DNA of 55,297 bases, from positions 1-55,297 of the forward strand of contig DAHXLY010000032.1 in assembly GCA_027365735.1 (NCBI GenBank), read 5' to 3'. The DNA is from Candidatus Micrarchaeota archaeon. GTDB lineage: Archaea > Micrarchaeota > Micrarchaeia > Micrarchaeales > Micrarchaeaceae. The notes beneath the pieces were generated by a model. The model saw only the letters and a list, made by a program, of their open reading frames with translations. It made no database searches and was not told where the DNA came from. A program made the translations under genes and the position numbers. Each line of letters starts with the position of its first letter. The stretch's first letter is position 1. This document shows positions 34,812 to 43,267 of the stretch, piece after piece.

Positions 34812-34892
34812 CAAAATAACAATCTTCAGCACCGCTTTTGTTCTTTTCCACAGCCATTAAATATCAGAAAAAACGACCCCATAGCGATAGAC
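34812..34892 (+). promoter_or_regulatory. conserved 5' module of the family, copy B
   Basis: CAAAATAACAATCTTCAGCACCGCTTTTGTTCTTTTCCACAGCCATTAAATATCAGAAAAAACGACCCCATAGCGATAGAC-ATG, with TATA at 34857-34864. Confidence 0.6.
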
Positions 34893-35483
34893 ATGCAGGG
34901 AATGATGCAGCTGAAGCCCCCAAAACCCTACACGATCAGCCAGGCGGCTTTGGACGCGATACTCGCAGAACCATCGCCAATCGAGCCGAGGAGACCGCCG
35001 CAGCCGGAGCCGCAGGCGGTGCAGCAGGCTGACAAAAACGATTTCAGGCAGGTCAGGGGCGCTACTGGAAAGACGTTGCACATACTTGAAAAAAGGGCAA
35101 ATCATCCTGAGTCATTGAAACTCCTTTCAGAGGCAGGGCTGAGGCCTATGACGTACCAGGAAATCCTTCCTCTCCTGATGGAGGACGAACAGCTCAAGAA
35201 CGCCCTGAAGGAAAGGTGGTTCTGGATCGCGGGCCAGGGTATGAAAAAGGAAGGAGTGTTCACAATCAACGAAAAAGGCGAGCTAAGGGATATTACAAAG
35301 GAGGAAAACCCATCAGCAGAGCAGAATGTTCGTGTATGGTCCGGAAACCAGCCGCTGTCGTTCTTCGTCTATTCGGACTACTACGCCGCCTACGTTGGCA
35401 AGTGTTTCGACCTGGATGCCTCCCTCCGGCCGCAGTATGTTGCTCCAGTGGTTGTCGGGGTGCCTTCACTAGCGCGCGGTTAA
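34893..35483 (+). CDS. LKPPKPYTIS-family protein, copy B (196 aa), unknown function
   Basis: MQGMMQLKPPKPYTISQAALDAILAEPSPIEPRRPPQPEPQAVQQADKNDFRQVRGATGKTLHILEK..., colinear with copies A, C and E. Confidence 0.85.
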   Translation: MQGMMQLKPPKPYTISQAALDAILAEPSPIEPRRPPQPEPQAVQQADKNDFRQVRGATGKTLHILEKRANHPESLKLLSEAGLRPMTYQEILPLLMEDEQLKNALKERWFWIAGQGMKKEGVFTINEKGELRDITKEENPSAEQNVRVWSGNQPLSFFVYSDYYAAYVGKCFDLDASLRPQYVAPVVVGVPSLARG

Positions 35484-35520
35484 CGTTTAAAACCAGACTG
35501 AATAGAACAGGACTGATACA

Positions 35521-35775
35521 ATGGCTCCGTTCCTAAGGAAATTAATGAAGCGTGAGGTGCCGGTCGTGTTCCTCGACTGCCAATTCTTGGAAGTCAAGGG
35601 CAAGTTGCTCTTCGTGAACGGCTTGCCGAAGGGTAGGATTGTCGACGCTGAGATATTCGCCGGATCTGGCGACATGACAGAGATGGTCACCGATACGGGT
35701 TTCAGGATCCGGGCACACGAAAGCATCAAATTCTGCGTGAACCCTAACAGCGTGACGATGGGCGTCCCGGCGTAA
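35521..35775 (+). CDS. hypothetical small protein
   Basis: 84-aa ORF with globular-looking composition. It competes with antisense ORF 35487..35864. No motif recognised. Confidence 0.4.
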   Translation: MAPFLRKLMKREVPVVFLDCQFLEVKGKLLFVNGLPKGRIVDAEIFAGSGDMTEMVTDTGFRIRAHESIKFCVNPNSVTMGVPA

Positions 35776-35862
35776 TGCCGCTTTTGCATCGGTTTTTTAT
35801 ACCTTCTGCAACAAATAGAAATCGCTAATTCTCTGTTCCACAGAGCAAGCCAAGCTGATAGC

Positions 35863-36429
35863 ATGACGTTCTACCGCGAGATGAAGAGCACCTTCATCCA
35901 GCAGTACAAGCAGAGGTCGCCGGAATACAAGGCGAGGATCACGAAGTGGAGCGCCGAGCCCCCGATAGTAAGGATAGAAGGCCCGACAAACATTGCGAGG
36001 GCGAGAGAGTTGGGCTACAAGGCGAAGCAGGGCGTCGTCGTGGCGCGCGTAAGCGTTCGCGGAGGAAAGAAGAAGAGGCCGGCCAACAGCGGCGGAAGGA
36101 AGCCTTCCAAGGCGGGAAGGTTCTTCTCGAGGCAGAAGTCGGCGCAGGCAATCGCCGAAGAGCGCGCGGGAAGGAAGTTCACGAACTGCGAGGTGCTGAA
36201 TTCATATTTTGTCGGCGAGGCCGGCGTGCTTAAGTTTTTCGAGGTAATCCTGCTCGAAAGGGCAAACTCGGTAATTCTTTCAGATCCGCAGTACGCCCAA
36301 GTGGTTGCGCAGCGCAACCGCGCGACGAGGGGTCTTACGAGCATCGGCAAGAAGCACCGCGGAATCGGCCAGCGCGGATACGGAACAACGAAGCTGAGGC
36401 CATCAGTAAGGTCCAACATACGCGGCTAA
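35863..36429 (+). CDS. rpl15e: ribosomal protein L15e (eL15)
   Basis: YKQRSPEYKARITKWSAEPPIVRIEGPTNIARARELGYKAKQGVVVARVSVRGGKKKRP. Confidence 0.9.
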   Translation: MTFYREMKSTFIQQYKQRSPEYKARITKWSAEPPIVRIEGPTNIARARELGYKAKQGVVVARVSVRGGKKKRPANSGGRKPSKAGRFFSRQKSAQAIAEERAGRKFTNCEVLNSYFVGEAGVLKFFEVILLERANSVILSDPQYAQVVAQRNRATRGLTSIGKKHRGIGQRGYGTTKLRPSVRSNIRG

Positions 36430-36433
36430 AGTA

Positions 36434-36715
36434 ATGCTCATGCCTTACATAACTTTTTCAAGGAACTTCATAAACCAGAGGGCAGCGAAACGCTCGCTCG
36501 AAAAGAAGCCGATGAAGGATTCTATCGTAGAACTCCGCGGGGAGAAGAACATTGAAGATCTCGTGAGGATGGCGGTCAAAAACGGGTTTAAGAAGATTCT
36601 CGTCCTGACAAATATGAACGGAGGAACCGCAGCGGCGCAAGAAATAAACATTTCGCGCAACAGCCCGTTCCCGAAGTGGAAGTTCGGTAAGGAGAAGAAG
36701 ATAAAGGTGGCATGA
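36434..36715 (+). CDS. minimal Brix-domain-like protein
   Basis: 93 aa. PYITFSRNFINQRAAKRS...VELRGEKNIEDLVRMAVKNGFKKILVL follows the archaeal Brix pattern (ITTSR.PS.R.R.F...RGK...L...A...G). Its position after L15e fits. Pattern-level call only. Confidence 0.4.
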   Translation: MLMPYITFSRNFINQRAAKRSLEKKPMKDSIVELRGEKNIEDLVRMAVKNGFKKILVLTNMNGGTAAAQEINISRNSPFPKWKFGKEKKIKVA

Positions 36716-36948
36716 TGGTTGCTAAGATATTCTCAACCACGATAAAGATCCCTAAGAAGGTCAAGATCAGCTACATCGACGCTATGGGCGACAGGAAGGA
36801 GCACAAGCGCAGCGGCGTGAAGATGAGCGAGACGAAGAACGAGCTCACGGTTGTGATAGAGACAAAAGACGTCACCGCACTCCGGGCATCGATGAACGCG
36901 GTCTTCAGGGACGTGCAAGTGGTAGAGAACGCCGGCGCAGGTACTTAG
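36712..36948 (+). CDS. KEOPS subunit Pcc1-like protein
   Basis: 78 aa. ...ELTVVIETKDVTALRASMNAVFRDVQVV matches the Pcc1/CTAG signature (A.D..ALRAS.NS.LR). Confidence 0.55.
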   Translation: MMVAKIFSTTIKIPKKVKISYIDAMGDRKEHKRSGVKMSETKNELTVVIETKDVTALRASMNAVFRDVQVVENAGAGT

Positions 36949-37838
36949 GCCCTGTAGCAGTAGAGGTTGATTAGCATCCTGCTCAGGTCCTTGTGCGACC
37001 TTATCGGTTTGGTTCCTATCCTGTCCACACCGAGTATTTCACGTATGGTGAACCCCTTTCCTAATAAGATGTTTATCGCACCGTCGTAATCCTTATCCTT
37101 CGCATAGATTTCGTCGTGGTTGTACTCCATCACTATCTTCACGTCCTTGTTCCTGTCCAGCACCCCCATGGCACCGATCAGCACCTCCTTTTCATATCCC
37201 TCCGTGTCGATCTTAATGAGGTCAACCTTCCCTGTTACCGCATTGTCAAGCCGCTGTATTTCGACCTGTTCGTATTTTTCAGGCGCGCTGGCGGATGTCA
37301 CCATGCTGTTCAACCCATCCTCAACATTGCTCAAACCAAGAACACCAGATCCGTTGGTTGCCCCGAGGGCGCATTTGTGCGCCTTGATGTTCTTTGCTTT
37401 GTTCAATTTTATGTTCTGCTCCAGCCTCGTAAATCCATTGGTCGACGGCTCGAACGCATAGACTTTTCCACTGCCTATGAGTTTCGAGGCAAGCAGAGAA
37501 TAATATCCGTTGTTCGCGCCAATATCTACGAACGTCATCCCTTTCTTGAGGGTATTGGATATGAGATGCGTTACGTCAGGCTCGTAAAGTTCTCCCTGCT
37601 TTGAGAGTTCGAAGAATTTCACATCGTGCGTCTCGTGCATGTCGAGCGACATCTTGAAATTCAGGAAACAAACCTCAACGCTCTGCGGGTTTGAGCTGCG
37701 GATCTGGTCGTACCTAACTTTCTTTTGATTGTTGATTTTCGAAAGCACGAACGGCTCCCTGAAGTACCTGTCGTAGGTCACTTTCTTCGCTGAAAAGAGC
37801 GCATCGTGCCTCAGCAGAAACCCGTTTAGGTCCATCAA
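36945..37838 (-). CDS. FkbM-family SAM-dependent methyltransferase
   Basis: MTFVDIGANNGYYSLLASKLIGSGKVYAFEPS...LIKIDTEGYE. TATA (TTTAAATA on the minus strand) at 37864-37871, leaderless geometry. Confidence 0.8.
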   Translation of the reverse strand: MMDLNGFLLRHDALFSAKKVTYDRYFREPFVLSKINNQKKVRYDQIRSSNPQSVEVCFLNFKMSLDMHETHDVKFFELSKQGELYEPDVTHLISNTLKKGMTFVDIGANNGYYSLLASKLIGSGKVYAFEPSTNGFTRLEQNIKLNKAKNIKAHKCALGATNGSGVLGLSNVEDGLNSMVTSASAPEKYEQVEIQRLDNAVTGKVDLIKIDTEGYEKEVLIGAMGVLDRNKDVKIVMEYNHDEIYAKDKDYDGAINILLGKGFTIREILGVDRIGTKPIRSHKDLSRMLINLYCYRA

Positions 37839-37882
37839 ATCAGCAACAACTCTGGCTTTCAGATATTTAAACCAATCCCAGC

Positions 37883-38425
37883 TTACGTTTCTTCGTCAGC
37901 CTGCGCCCTCAACAATTCAGCGACAACCGAGTTCAGGGCCGTCTTCTTCAGTTTTAGCGAGGTTCTAAAGTATTTTACCCTCTCCGCATCAAGCTGCCCA
38001 TAAAGAAGCTTTTTCACCCTCTCATCCAGCACGCTCTCCTCGTAGCTGTCAAGATCAAAATCCCTTTTGACCAGCTGTGCAAACGCCGCGTCTCTTATCT
38101 CCTGCGTGACAAATGCTGGCGGTTGACGCGGTCCGGGGATTCTGCCCAAGGGGTCTGTGACGTGCTGGTTGACATATCTGTAAAGATAAAGCAGGTAGGC
38201 TGTGGGGGTGTTTTTATTCTTCGCAACCTCCAGCCTCGGACGGTATTCCATCTCGTCGGAAAGTGGTTTGCCCCATAACTTCTGGCCTTCGCGCACGAGC
38301 CTCAGCGGATTCTTGAGCTGTTTTATCATTTTAAGTGTACTCATAATCTTTTCTTCTTCCCCCTGCCTTGAGTCCTGCACCACCGCCTCAGCTGAAAAGC
38401 TACCTAACTTTCTCGTAACTGCCAT
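37883..38425 (-). CDS. hypothetical protein
   Basis: 180-aa ORF with no recognised motif. Preceded by a GGGGTGG Shine-Dalgarno-like element inside a 13-nt tandem repeat. Confidence 0.5.
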   Translation of the reverse strand: MAVTRKLGSFSAEAVVQDSRQGEEEKIMSTLKMIKQLKNPLRLVREGQKLWGKPLSDEMEYRPRLEVAKNKNTPTAYLLYLYRYVNQHVTDPLGRIPGPRQPPAFVTQEIRDAAFAQLVKRDFDLDSYEESVLDERVKKLLYGQLDAERVKYFRTSLKLKKTALNSVVAELLRAQADEET

Positions 38426-38430
38426 ACGAC

Positions 38431-38456
38431 CACCCCAATCTCACACCCCAATCTCA
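38431..38456. repeat. perfect 13-nt tandem direct repeat (CACCCCAATCTCA x2)
   Basis: Read directly: 38431-38443 equals 38444-38456. It lies in the divergent spacer 5 nt upstream of the minus-strand start at 38425. Confidence 0.9.
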
Positions 38457-38646
38457 CTCCAACTTCCTATTTATAGTTATTGTATGTGCATGCCTCAAAT
38501 CCGCAAAATGGCAAACTTTATAAACCCCCCTCCACTAATAGTATCTTAACTGTCGACGTTGGCACGGCGCAGAAAAATCCCGACTTTTCTTCATTGCCGT
38601 GCGCGAATCGATGGAAAATAGCAACATAGCTTTGCTTGTGTTAACT

Positions 38647-39612
38647 ATGGCACACGGTTCACTCCAATATTGGCCGCACAGACGCGCGCAACGCAGACTT
38701 CCAAGAGCGCGAGCGAACCCGAAGATAAAGGAGCAGACGATGGCGAGCCTCGTCGCATTCAAGGTGGGCATGACCCACCTGATGATGGTCGACGACTCAG
38801 ACAGCCCGTCGAAGAACCAGGAAATCTCGAGGGCGTGCACGCTTCTCGAGGTTCCGAGAATGGAAGTCTACGGAATCAGGCTGTACGGAAAGGACCCGCT
38901 TACACATTACAAAACCACCAAGACCGAGGTGCTTAACAAGTCCGTAGCACAGAAGCTCAACATCAAGAAGATCCAGCATGACGAAAGCAAGCTCGATTCA
39001 TTCAAGCAGAGGATCGGCGATTACACCGACGCTGCTGCTTTGGTGGTCGCATATCCAAAGGACCTGAAGGGCGCCGAACAGAACCATCCAGTCAAGTTCG
39101 AATCCGCCGTCGGTGGGAATACGGTCCAGGAAAAGTTCGATTTCGTCACGAAGTTCCTCGGCAAGGAGATAAAGGCCACGGACGTCTTCAAGCCGGGCGA
39201 ATATGTCGACGTCATGGCGATAACAAAGGGAAAGGGATGGGCTGGCCCGATAAAGAGGTTCGGAGTCAAGAGGAACTTCCACAAAGCCACAAATAAGATC
39301 CGCCACGGAGGTCCGCTCGGGGCGTTCGGATCAGGAAAGGTTTTCTACTCAATCCCGAGGGCGGGACAGATGGGATTCAACTACAGGACAGAGCACAACA
39401 AGCGCCTGCTAAAGCTGGGTGCGAAGGCCGACGCTGACAAGGTTAACGTTTCAGGAGGTTATCTGAACTACGGACTCATTTCAAACGACTACATCGTCGT
39501 CGACGGATCTGTCGGCGGGCCGGCGAAGAGAATGGTGCGACTCAGGAAGTCGATCAGGAACCGCAACCTCAAGGGCGTGAAGGAGCCGAAGATTCAGTAC
39601 ATAAGCAAGTAA
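38647..39612 (+). CDS. rpl3: ribosomal protein L3 (uL3)
   Basis: MAHGSLQYWPHRRAQRRLPR...LVAFKVGMTHL...KGKGWAGPIKRFGV. ATG at 38647. Confidence 0.92.
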   Translation: MAHGSLQYWPHRRAQRRLPRARANPKIKEQTMASLVAFKVGMTHLMMVDDSDSPSKNQEISRACTLLEVPRMEVYGIRLYGKDPLTHYKTTKTEVLNKSVAQKLNIKKIQHDESKLDSFKQRIGDYTDAAALVVAYPKDLKGAEQNHPVKFESAVGGNTVQEKFDFVTKFLGKEIKATDVFKPGEYVDVMAITKGKGWAGPIKRFGVKRNFHKATNKIRHGGPLGAFGSGKVFYSIPRAGQMGFNYRTEHNKRLLKLGAKADADKVNVSGGYLNYGLISNDYIVVDGSVGGPAKRMVRLRKSIRNRNLKGVKEPKIQYISK

Positions 39613-39627
39613 GTGATCGTGATATTC

Positions 39628-40428
39628 ATGGACGCAAAAGTTTTGACCCTGCAAGGTTCCCAAAAGGAAACCATCCCGCTGCCAGAGGCATTCGGAGAGC
39701 AGGTCCGCGAAGACCTCATCAGGAGGGCCGTGCTCGCGGAGAACACGCTCAAGCTCCAGCCGAAGGGTCACTATCCTCTCGCGGGAATGCAGACAACGGC
39801 GAGGTACTACGGAGCGATGTCCTCATACCGATCCGGAAGGCACATGGGAATTGCAATCAGGCCGAGGCAGAAACTCGGAGGCGGAATCCAGGGTGCAGTT
39901 AGGAGGATCCCATCCTCAGTGAAGGGAAAAAGGGCTCACCCGCACGTGATAGAGAAGACGCTTATAGAAAGGATCAACCAGAAGGAGTACCAAAAAGCGA
40001 TCAGATGCGCGATATCCGCCACTGTCAGGCCGGAAATGGTCAAGATGAAGCACATCTTCGAGAATCCACTTCCGTTGGTTCTATCGAACGATCTCGAGTC
40101 GGTCAAGAAGACAAAGGACCTCACAAAAATCATCTCAGCACTCAAGCTCAATGCGGATCTCGAAAAGAGCAAGGACCCGCAGAGAAGGAAGGGTCTCAGG
40201 AGACTCACAAAGAGACGACACTTCAGGAAGTCGCTTCTGTTCGTGGTCCACGATGACAAAGGCCTTGTCAAGGCAGCCCGAAACATTCCGGGAGTGGACG
40301 CATGCACGCTCACCGACCTAACAGCGGGGCTGTTGGCCCCTGGCGGAAACCCGGGCCGAATCACTGTCTGGAGCGAGGCTGCAGTCAAGAACCTAAATGA
40401 GGCGCTACAGAAATATGCATTGATGTGA
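39628..40428 (+). CDS. rpl4: ribosomal protein L4 (uL4)
   Basis: ...GRHMGIAIRPRQKLGGGIQGAVRRIPSSVKGKRAHP. Operon position L3-L4-L23. Confidence 0.9.
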   Translation: MDAKVLTLQGSQKETIPLPEAFGEQVREDLIRRAVLAENTLKLQPKGHYPLAGMQTTARYYGAMSSYRSGRHMGIAIRPRQKLGGGIQGAVRRIPSSVKGKRAHPHVIEKTLIERINQKEYQKAIRCAISATVRPEMVKMKHIFENPLPLVLSNDLESVKKTKDLTKIISALKLNADLEKSKDPQRRKGLRRLTKRRHFRKSLLFVVHDDKGLVKAARNIPGVDACTLTDLTAGLLAPGGNPGRITVWSEAAVKNLNEALQKYALM

Positions 40429-40432
40429 TATT

Positions 40433-40684
40433 ATGGCAGTATTGATCCACCCGTTGTCGACAGAAAAGGCTATCTCTATGATAGACAGGCACAACGTGAT
40501 TACTTACATCGCCGATTTCAGGGCGACGAAGACGGAAATCAAGAAGGAGTTCCAGACGATGTTCGGCGTGAAGGTCTCCAATGTCAGGGCGGTCAACATG
40601 CCAGACAACAGGAAGAAAGTTTACATAAAGCTCGCGAAGGGTTTCAAAGCGACCGACATAGCGGCGAAGATCAAGTTGGTGTAA
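40433..40684 (+). CDS. rpl23: ribosomal protein L23 (uL23)
   Basis: 83 aa, ...HPLSTEKAISMIDRHNVITYIADFRATKTEIKKEFQTMFGVKV. Confidence 0.9.
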   Translation: MAVLIHPLSTEKAISMIDRHNVITYIADFRATKTEIKKEFQTMFGVKVSNVRAVNMPDNRKKVYIKLAKGFKATDIAAKIKLV

Positions 40685-40687
40685 TAA

Positions 40688-41404
40688 ATGGGAAAAAGAT
40701 TGAGGCAGCAGCGAAGGGGAAAGGGAACCGTGGCCTACACAAAGGCGCCGTTCACCTTCGATCTCAGCGTTAGTTACACCAAGGACCAGAACAAGGAGAT
40801 GACCGGAGAGGTAACGGAGTTGATAAACCACACCGGCCACACAGCCCCGCTCGCAAAGCTCGTCTTCGAGGACTTCACATTCAGCTACATCATTGCCCCA
40901 GAAGGAATAAGGATCGGCGACAAGGTTCACGTCGGACCGCAGCCATACTTCAGCCTCGGAAGCGTCATGAGGATCGGCGACATCCCCGAGGGAATTCCGG
41001 TGTACAACATCGAATCGCACCCAGGAGACGGAGGCAAATATGTCAGGTCGGCAGGAGGTGCTGCATATATTTCAGCTCACACTTACGATGGCACGACCGT
41101 TGCGATGCCTTCAAAGCATTCGGTCGTCATCAATAACGACTGCAGGGCTCAGTTGGGTGTCGTGGCGGGAGGCGGGATGAATGAGCAGCCGATCGTCAAG
41201 GCGGGAAAGAACCATTATATTATGCATGCTATCAATAAGCTCTGGCCGACATACAGGGGCGTAAAGTTGAACCCTGTCGACCACCCATTCGGTGGAAAGC
41301 AGCACCACAAGGGTAAGAGCAGCATGACGAGCCGCAACGCTCCACCTGGAAGGAAGGTCGGGCACATCGCGGCGTCGAGAGTCGGAAGGAAGAAGAAGGG
41401 TTAG
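40688..41404 (+). CDS. rpl2: ribosomal protein L2 (uL2)
   Basis: MGKRLRQQRRGKGT...GGKYVRSAG...NPVDHPFGGKQHHKGKS. Confidence 0.93.
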   Translation: MGKRLRQQRRGKGTVAYTKAPFTFDLSVSYTKDQNKEMTGEVTELINHTGHTAPLAKLVFEDFTFSYIIAPEGIRIGDKVHVGPQPYFSLGSVMRIGDIPEGIPVYNIESHPGDGGKYVRSAGGAAYISAHTYDGTTVAMPSKHSVVINNDCRAQLGVVAGGGMNEQPIVKAGKNHYIMHAINKLWPTYRGVKLNPVDHPFGGKQHHKGKSSMTSRNAPPGRKVGHIAASRVGRKKKG

Positions 41405-41411
41405 TGATTGA

Positions 41412-41804
41412 ATGGCAGAACGAGTAGCGTTTAGGGGTTTGATGCCGGCGCAGGCAGCCGCGATCAAGCCGGAGGATTACGTCAAGATGGTCAAGTCCCG
41501 CCAGAGGAGGGCGATGAAGAGGAACGCCCTCTCCTACAGGGAGCTGATAGCGAAAGTCGAGGCGATAAAGAAGAAGGACCCGAAGAAGCAGATCAAGACC
41601 CACATAAGGGAGGCGGTCATCCTGCCGTCTTGGGTCGGCCTCATATTCCTGGTCCACAACGGGAAGGAATTCTCGAGAGTGGACATAACCGCGGGCATGC
41701 TCGGCCATAGGCTGGGAGAGTTCGCATTCACAACGAAGAGGGTCCAGCACAGCGCCCCTGGAATAAGGGCGACGAAGGGAAGCAAGTTCCTGGCAGTGAA
41801 GTGA
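41412..41804 (+). CDS. rps19: ribosomal protein S19 (uS19)
   Basis: ...VILPSWVGLIFLVHNGKEFSRVDITAGMLGHRLGEFAFTTKRVQHSAPG. Confidence 0.92.
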   Translation: MAERVAFRGLMPAQAAAIKPEDYVKMVKSRQRRAMKRNALSYRELIAKVEAIKKKDPKKQIKTHIREAVILPSWVGLIFLVHNGKEFSRVDITAGMLGHRLGEFAFTTKRVQHSAPGIRATKGSKFLAVK

Positions 41805-41808
41805 TACC

Positions 41809-42546
41809 ATGAATTATTCATACGATCAAGACCGTGAAGGTGTGGTGTTCGCCAACATAAAGGACGTCAACGCCAGCTTCAAGGATCTCGGGGCGGTCTG
41901 CACCGCGATAAGGTACAAGACCGTGCCGGTGGCAGTTGCAACCCTGGAAGCGACGATAAACGAGGGCATGCCAATCCCGTACGTAAGGCACAACATAAAC
42001 ATGGGCGCGCGCCACGAGCTGGGAGGGAAGAAGGGAAGATATCCGATAAGGTGTGCGAAGATAGTCCAGAAGGTCCTGATCAACGCGATGGCGAATGCCA
42101 AGAACAAGGGGATGAACCCGGAGCACATGTATGTGATTCACGCTTCAGCAAACAAGACAATCATCGCAAGGAGGGGCCCGTCGGTTGGGCCGTCCTCGAT
42201 CACCGGAGGGCCGTCAGGTTACTCCGGAGGAAGGGCGATGGACCTCGAGTTCGCAAGGGTGGAACTGGGCCTTTCAGAAATGAACGAGAAGAAAATGAAG
42301 CACTCAATGGTGACCCACATCAAGTACACGATGTCAAAGGTCCCGAAGGTAATGGTTAGGAAGGCTCAGGCCGCATATGCACTCCCTAAGAAGGTCGAAA
42401 AGAAAAAGGAAAAGGGCAAGGACCATGACCACGACCACAAGGGAGAGAAGAAGCCGCTGATCGCGCTCGAAAAGAAGGAATCGCCGAAGGAGAAGTACGA
42501 AGATAAGAAAGGCGAACTGAAGACGGAGCAGAAGGTGCCGCAATGA
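41809..42546 (+). CDS. rpl22: ribosomal protein L22 (uL22) with ~88-aa C-terminal Lys/Glu/His-rich extension
   Basis: Core ...NASFKDLGAVCTAIRYKTV..A...L........PY.RHN...GRYP.RCAKIVQKVL.NA..NA. After about residue 157 comes the non-canonical tail ...KKVEKKKEKGKDHDHDHKGEKKP... Confidence 0.9.
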   Translation: MNYSYDQDREGVVFANIKDVNASFKDLGAVCTAIRYKTVPVAVATLEATINEGMPIPYVRHNINMGARHELGGKKGRYPIRCAKIVQKVLINAMANAKNKGMNPEHMYVIHASANKTIIARRGPSVGPSSITGGPSGYSGGRAMDLEFARVELGLSEMNEKKMKHSMVTHIKYTMSKVPKVMVRKAQAAYALPKKVEKKKEKGKDHDHDHKGEKKPLIALEKKESPKEKYEDKKGELKTEQKVPQ

Positions 42547-43166
42547 CGATAGAGAGAAAATTCATAGATAACGCTGTAATCAAGCTGAAGATATCGAGGT
42601 ATCTCGAGAAGGAACTCCAGAGAGCCGGATTCTCGAGGGTCGATATCCAGAAGACCCCCGTGCTCACAAGAATTGCGGTTCACGTCCTGAACCCGGGAAA
42701 GGTGATCGGCAGGGGCGGGTCGACGATCGACCGACTCACGGAAACGATCAGAACCAAGTTCAAGGTCGATAACCCGCAGATAAACGTCACGGAGGTCGAG
42801 AACAAGATGCTCGAGCCGATGCTGGTCGCGAGGGACCTTGCGGAAAGGCTGGAGCGAGGGTTGAACGCAAGGAAGATAATCCAGGGAGCCCTCAGGATCA
42901 TAATCGAAAACGGCGCGCTCGGCGCGGAGATAATAATTTCGGGCAAGCTCGCGGCGAAGGGCGCGAGGGCCAAGATGATCAAGAAGTCGGTCGGTTACAT
43001 CCCGAAGGCCGGAAACGTCATGGAGCTGGTGAGGGAGGCCGAGGCTGTAGCATACCCGAAGTACGGCGCAATCGGGGTGAAGGTCAGGATTGTGCCGCCA
43101 GGGACGGTCTTCCCGGACAGGGAGATAAGGAAGATCGAGGTTCCGAAGGCGATCCTGAACGCCTAA
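42543..43166 (+). CDS. rps3: ribosomal protein S3 (uS3)
   Basis: KH domain: KFIDNAVIKLKISRYLEKELQRAGFSRVDIQKTPVLTRIAVHVLNPGKVIGRGGSTI. ATGA overlap with the L22 stop. Confidence 0.92.
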   Translation: MTIERKFIDNAVIKLKISRYLEKELQRAGFSRVDIQKTPVLTRIAVHVLNPGKVIGRGGSTIDRLTETIRTKFKVDNPQINVTEVENKMLEPMLVARDLAERLERGLNARKIIQGALRIIIENGALGAEIIISGKLAAKGARAKMIKKSVGYIPKAGNVMELVREAEAVAYPKYGAIGVKVRIVPPGTVFPDREIRKIEVPKAILNA

Positions 43167-43186
43167 TCGCCGTCGGCAACCGGTAT

Positions 43187-43267
43187 CAAAATAACAACCC
43201 CCAGCCCTGCTTTTGTTCTTTTCCACAGCCATTAAATATCAGGAAAAACTACCCCCTACCGATAGAC
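43187..43267 (+). promoter_or_regulatory. conserved 5' module of the family, copy C
   Basis: CAAAATAACAACCCCCAGCCCTGCTTTTGTTCTTTTCCACAGCCATTAAATATCAGGAAAAACTACCCCCTACCGATAGAC-ATG, with TATA at 43232-43239. It begins 20 nt after the rps3 stop. Confidence 0.6.

Noticed and set aside
34846-34853. TTCCACAG in the family upstream module (also in TGTTCCACAGAGC at about 35838 before rpl15e) resembles the core of archaeal origin recognition boxes.
   Set aside because: The match is only 8 nt. The rest of the ORB consensus and the dyad (GGAAA) are missing, copy A lacks the motif, and chance occurrence is likely.
34838-35032. Alternative-frame ORFs that look conserved across family loci. Examples are MFFSTAIKYQKK...AAEA.K..HDQPGG... 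at 34838-35032, 43213-43398, 53750-54040 and 13639-13875(-). Antisense ORFs occur at 34857-35105, 43249-43471, 54406-54783 and 13645-13893.
   Set aside because: Their apparent conservation is a by-product of near-identical DNA. They begin upstream of or across the TATA box, and their sequences are low-complexity, whereas the LKPPKPYTIS frame shows in-frame indels and conservative substitutions.
38431-38456. The tandem 13-nt repeat, considered as a CRISPR or minisatellite array.
   Set aside because: It has only two units, no spacers and no cas genes. No CRISPR-like array exists anywhere in the window.
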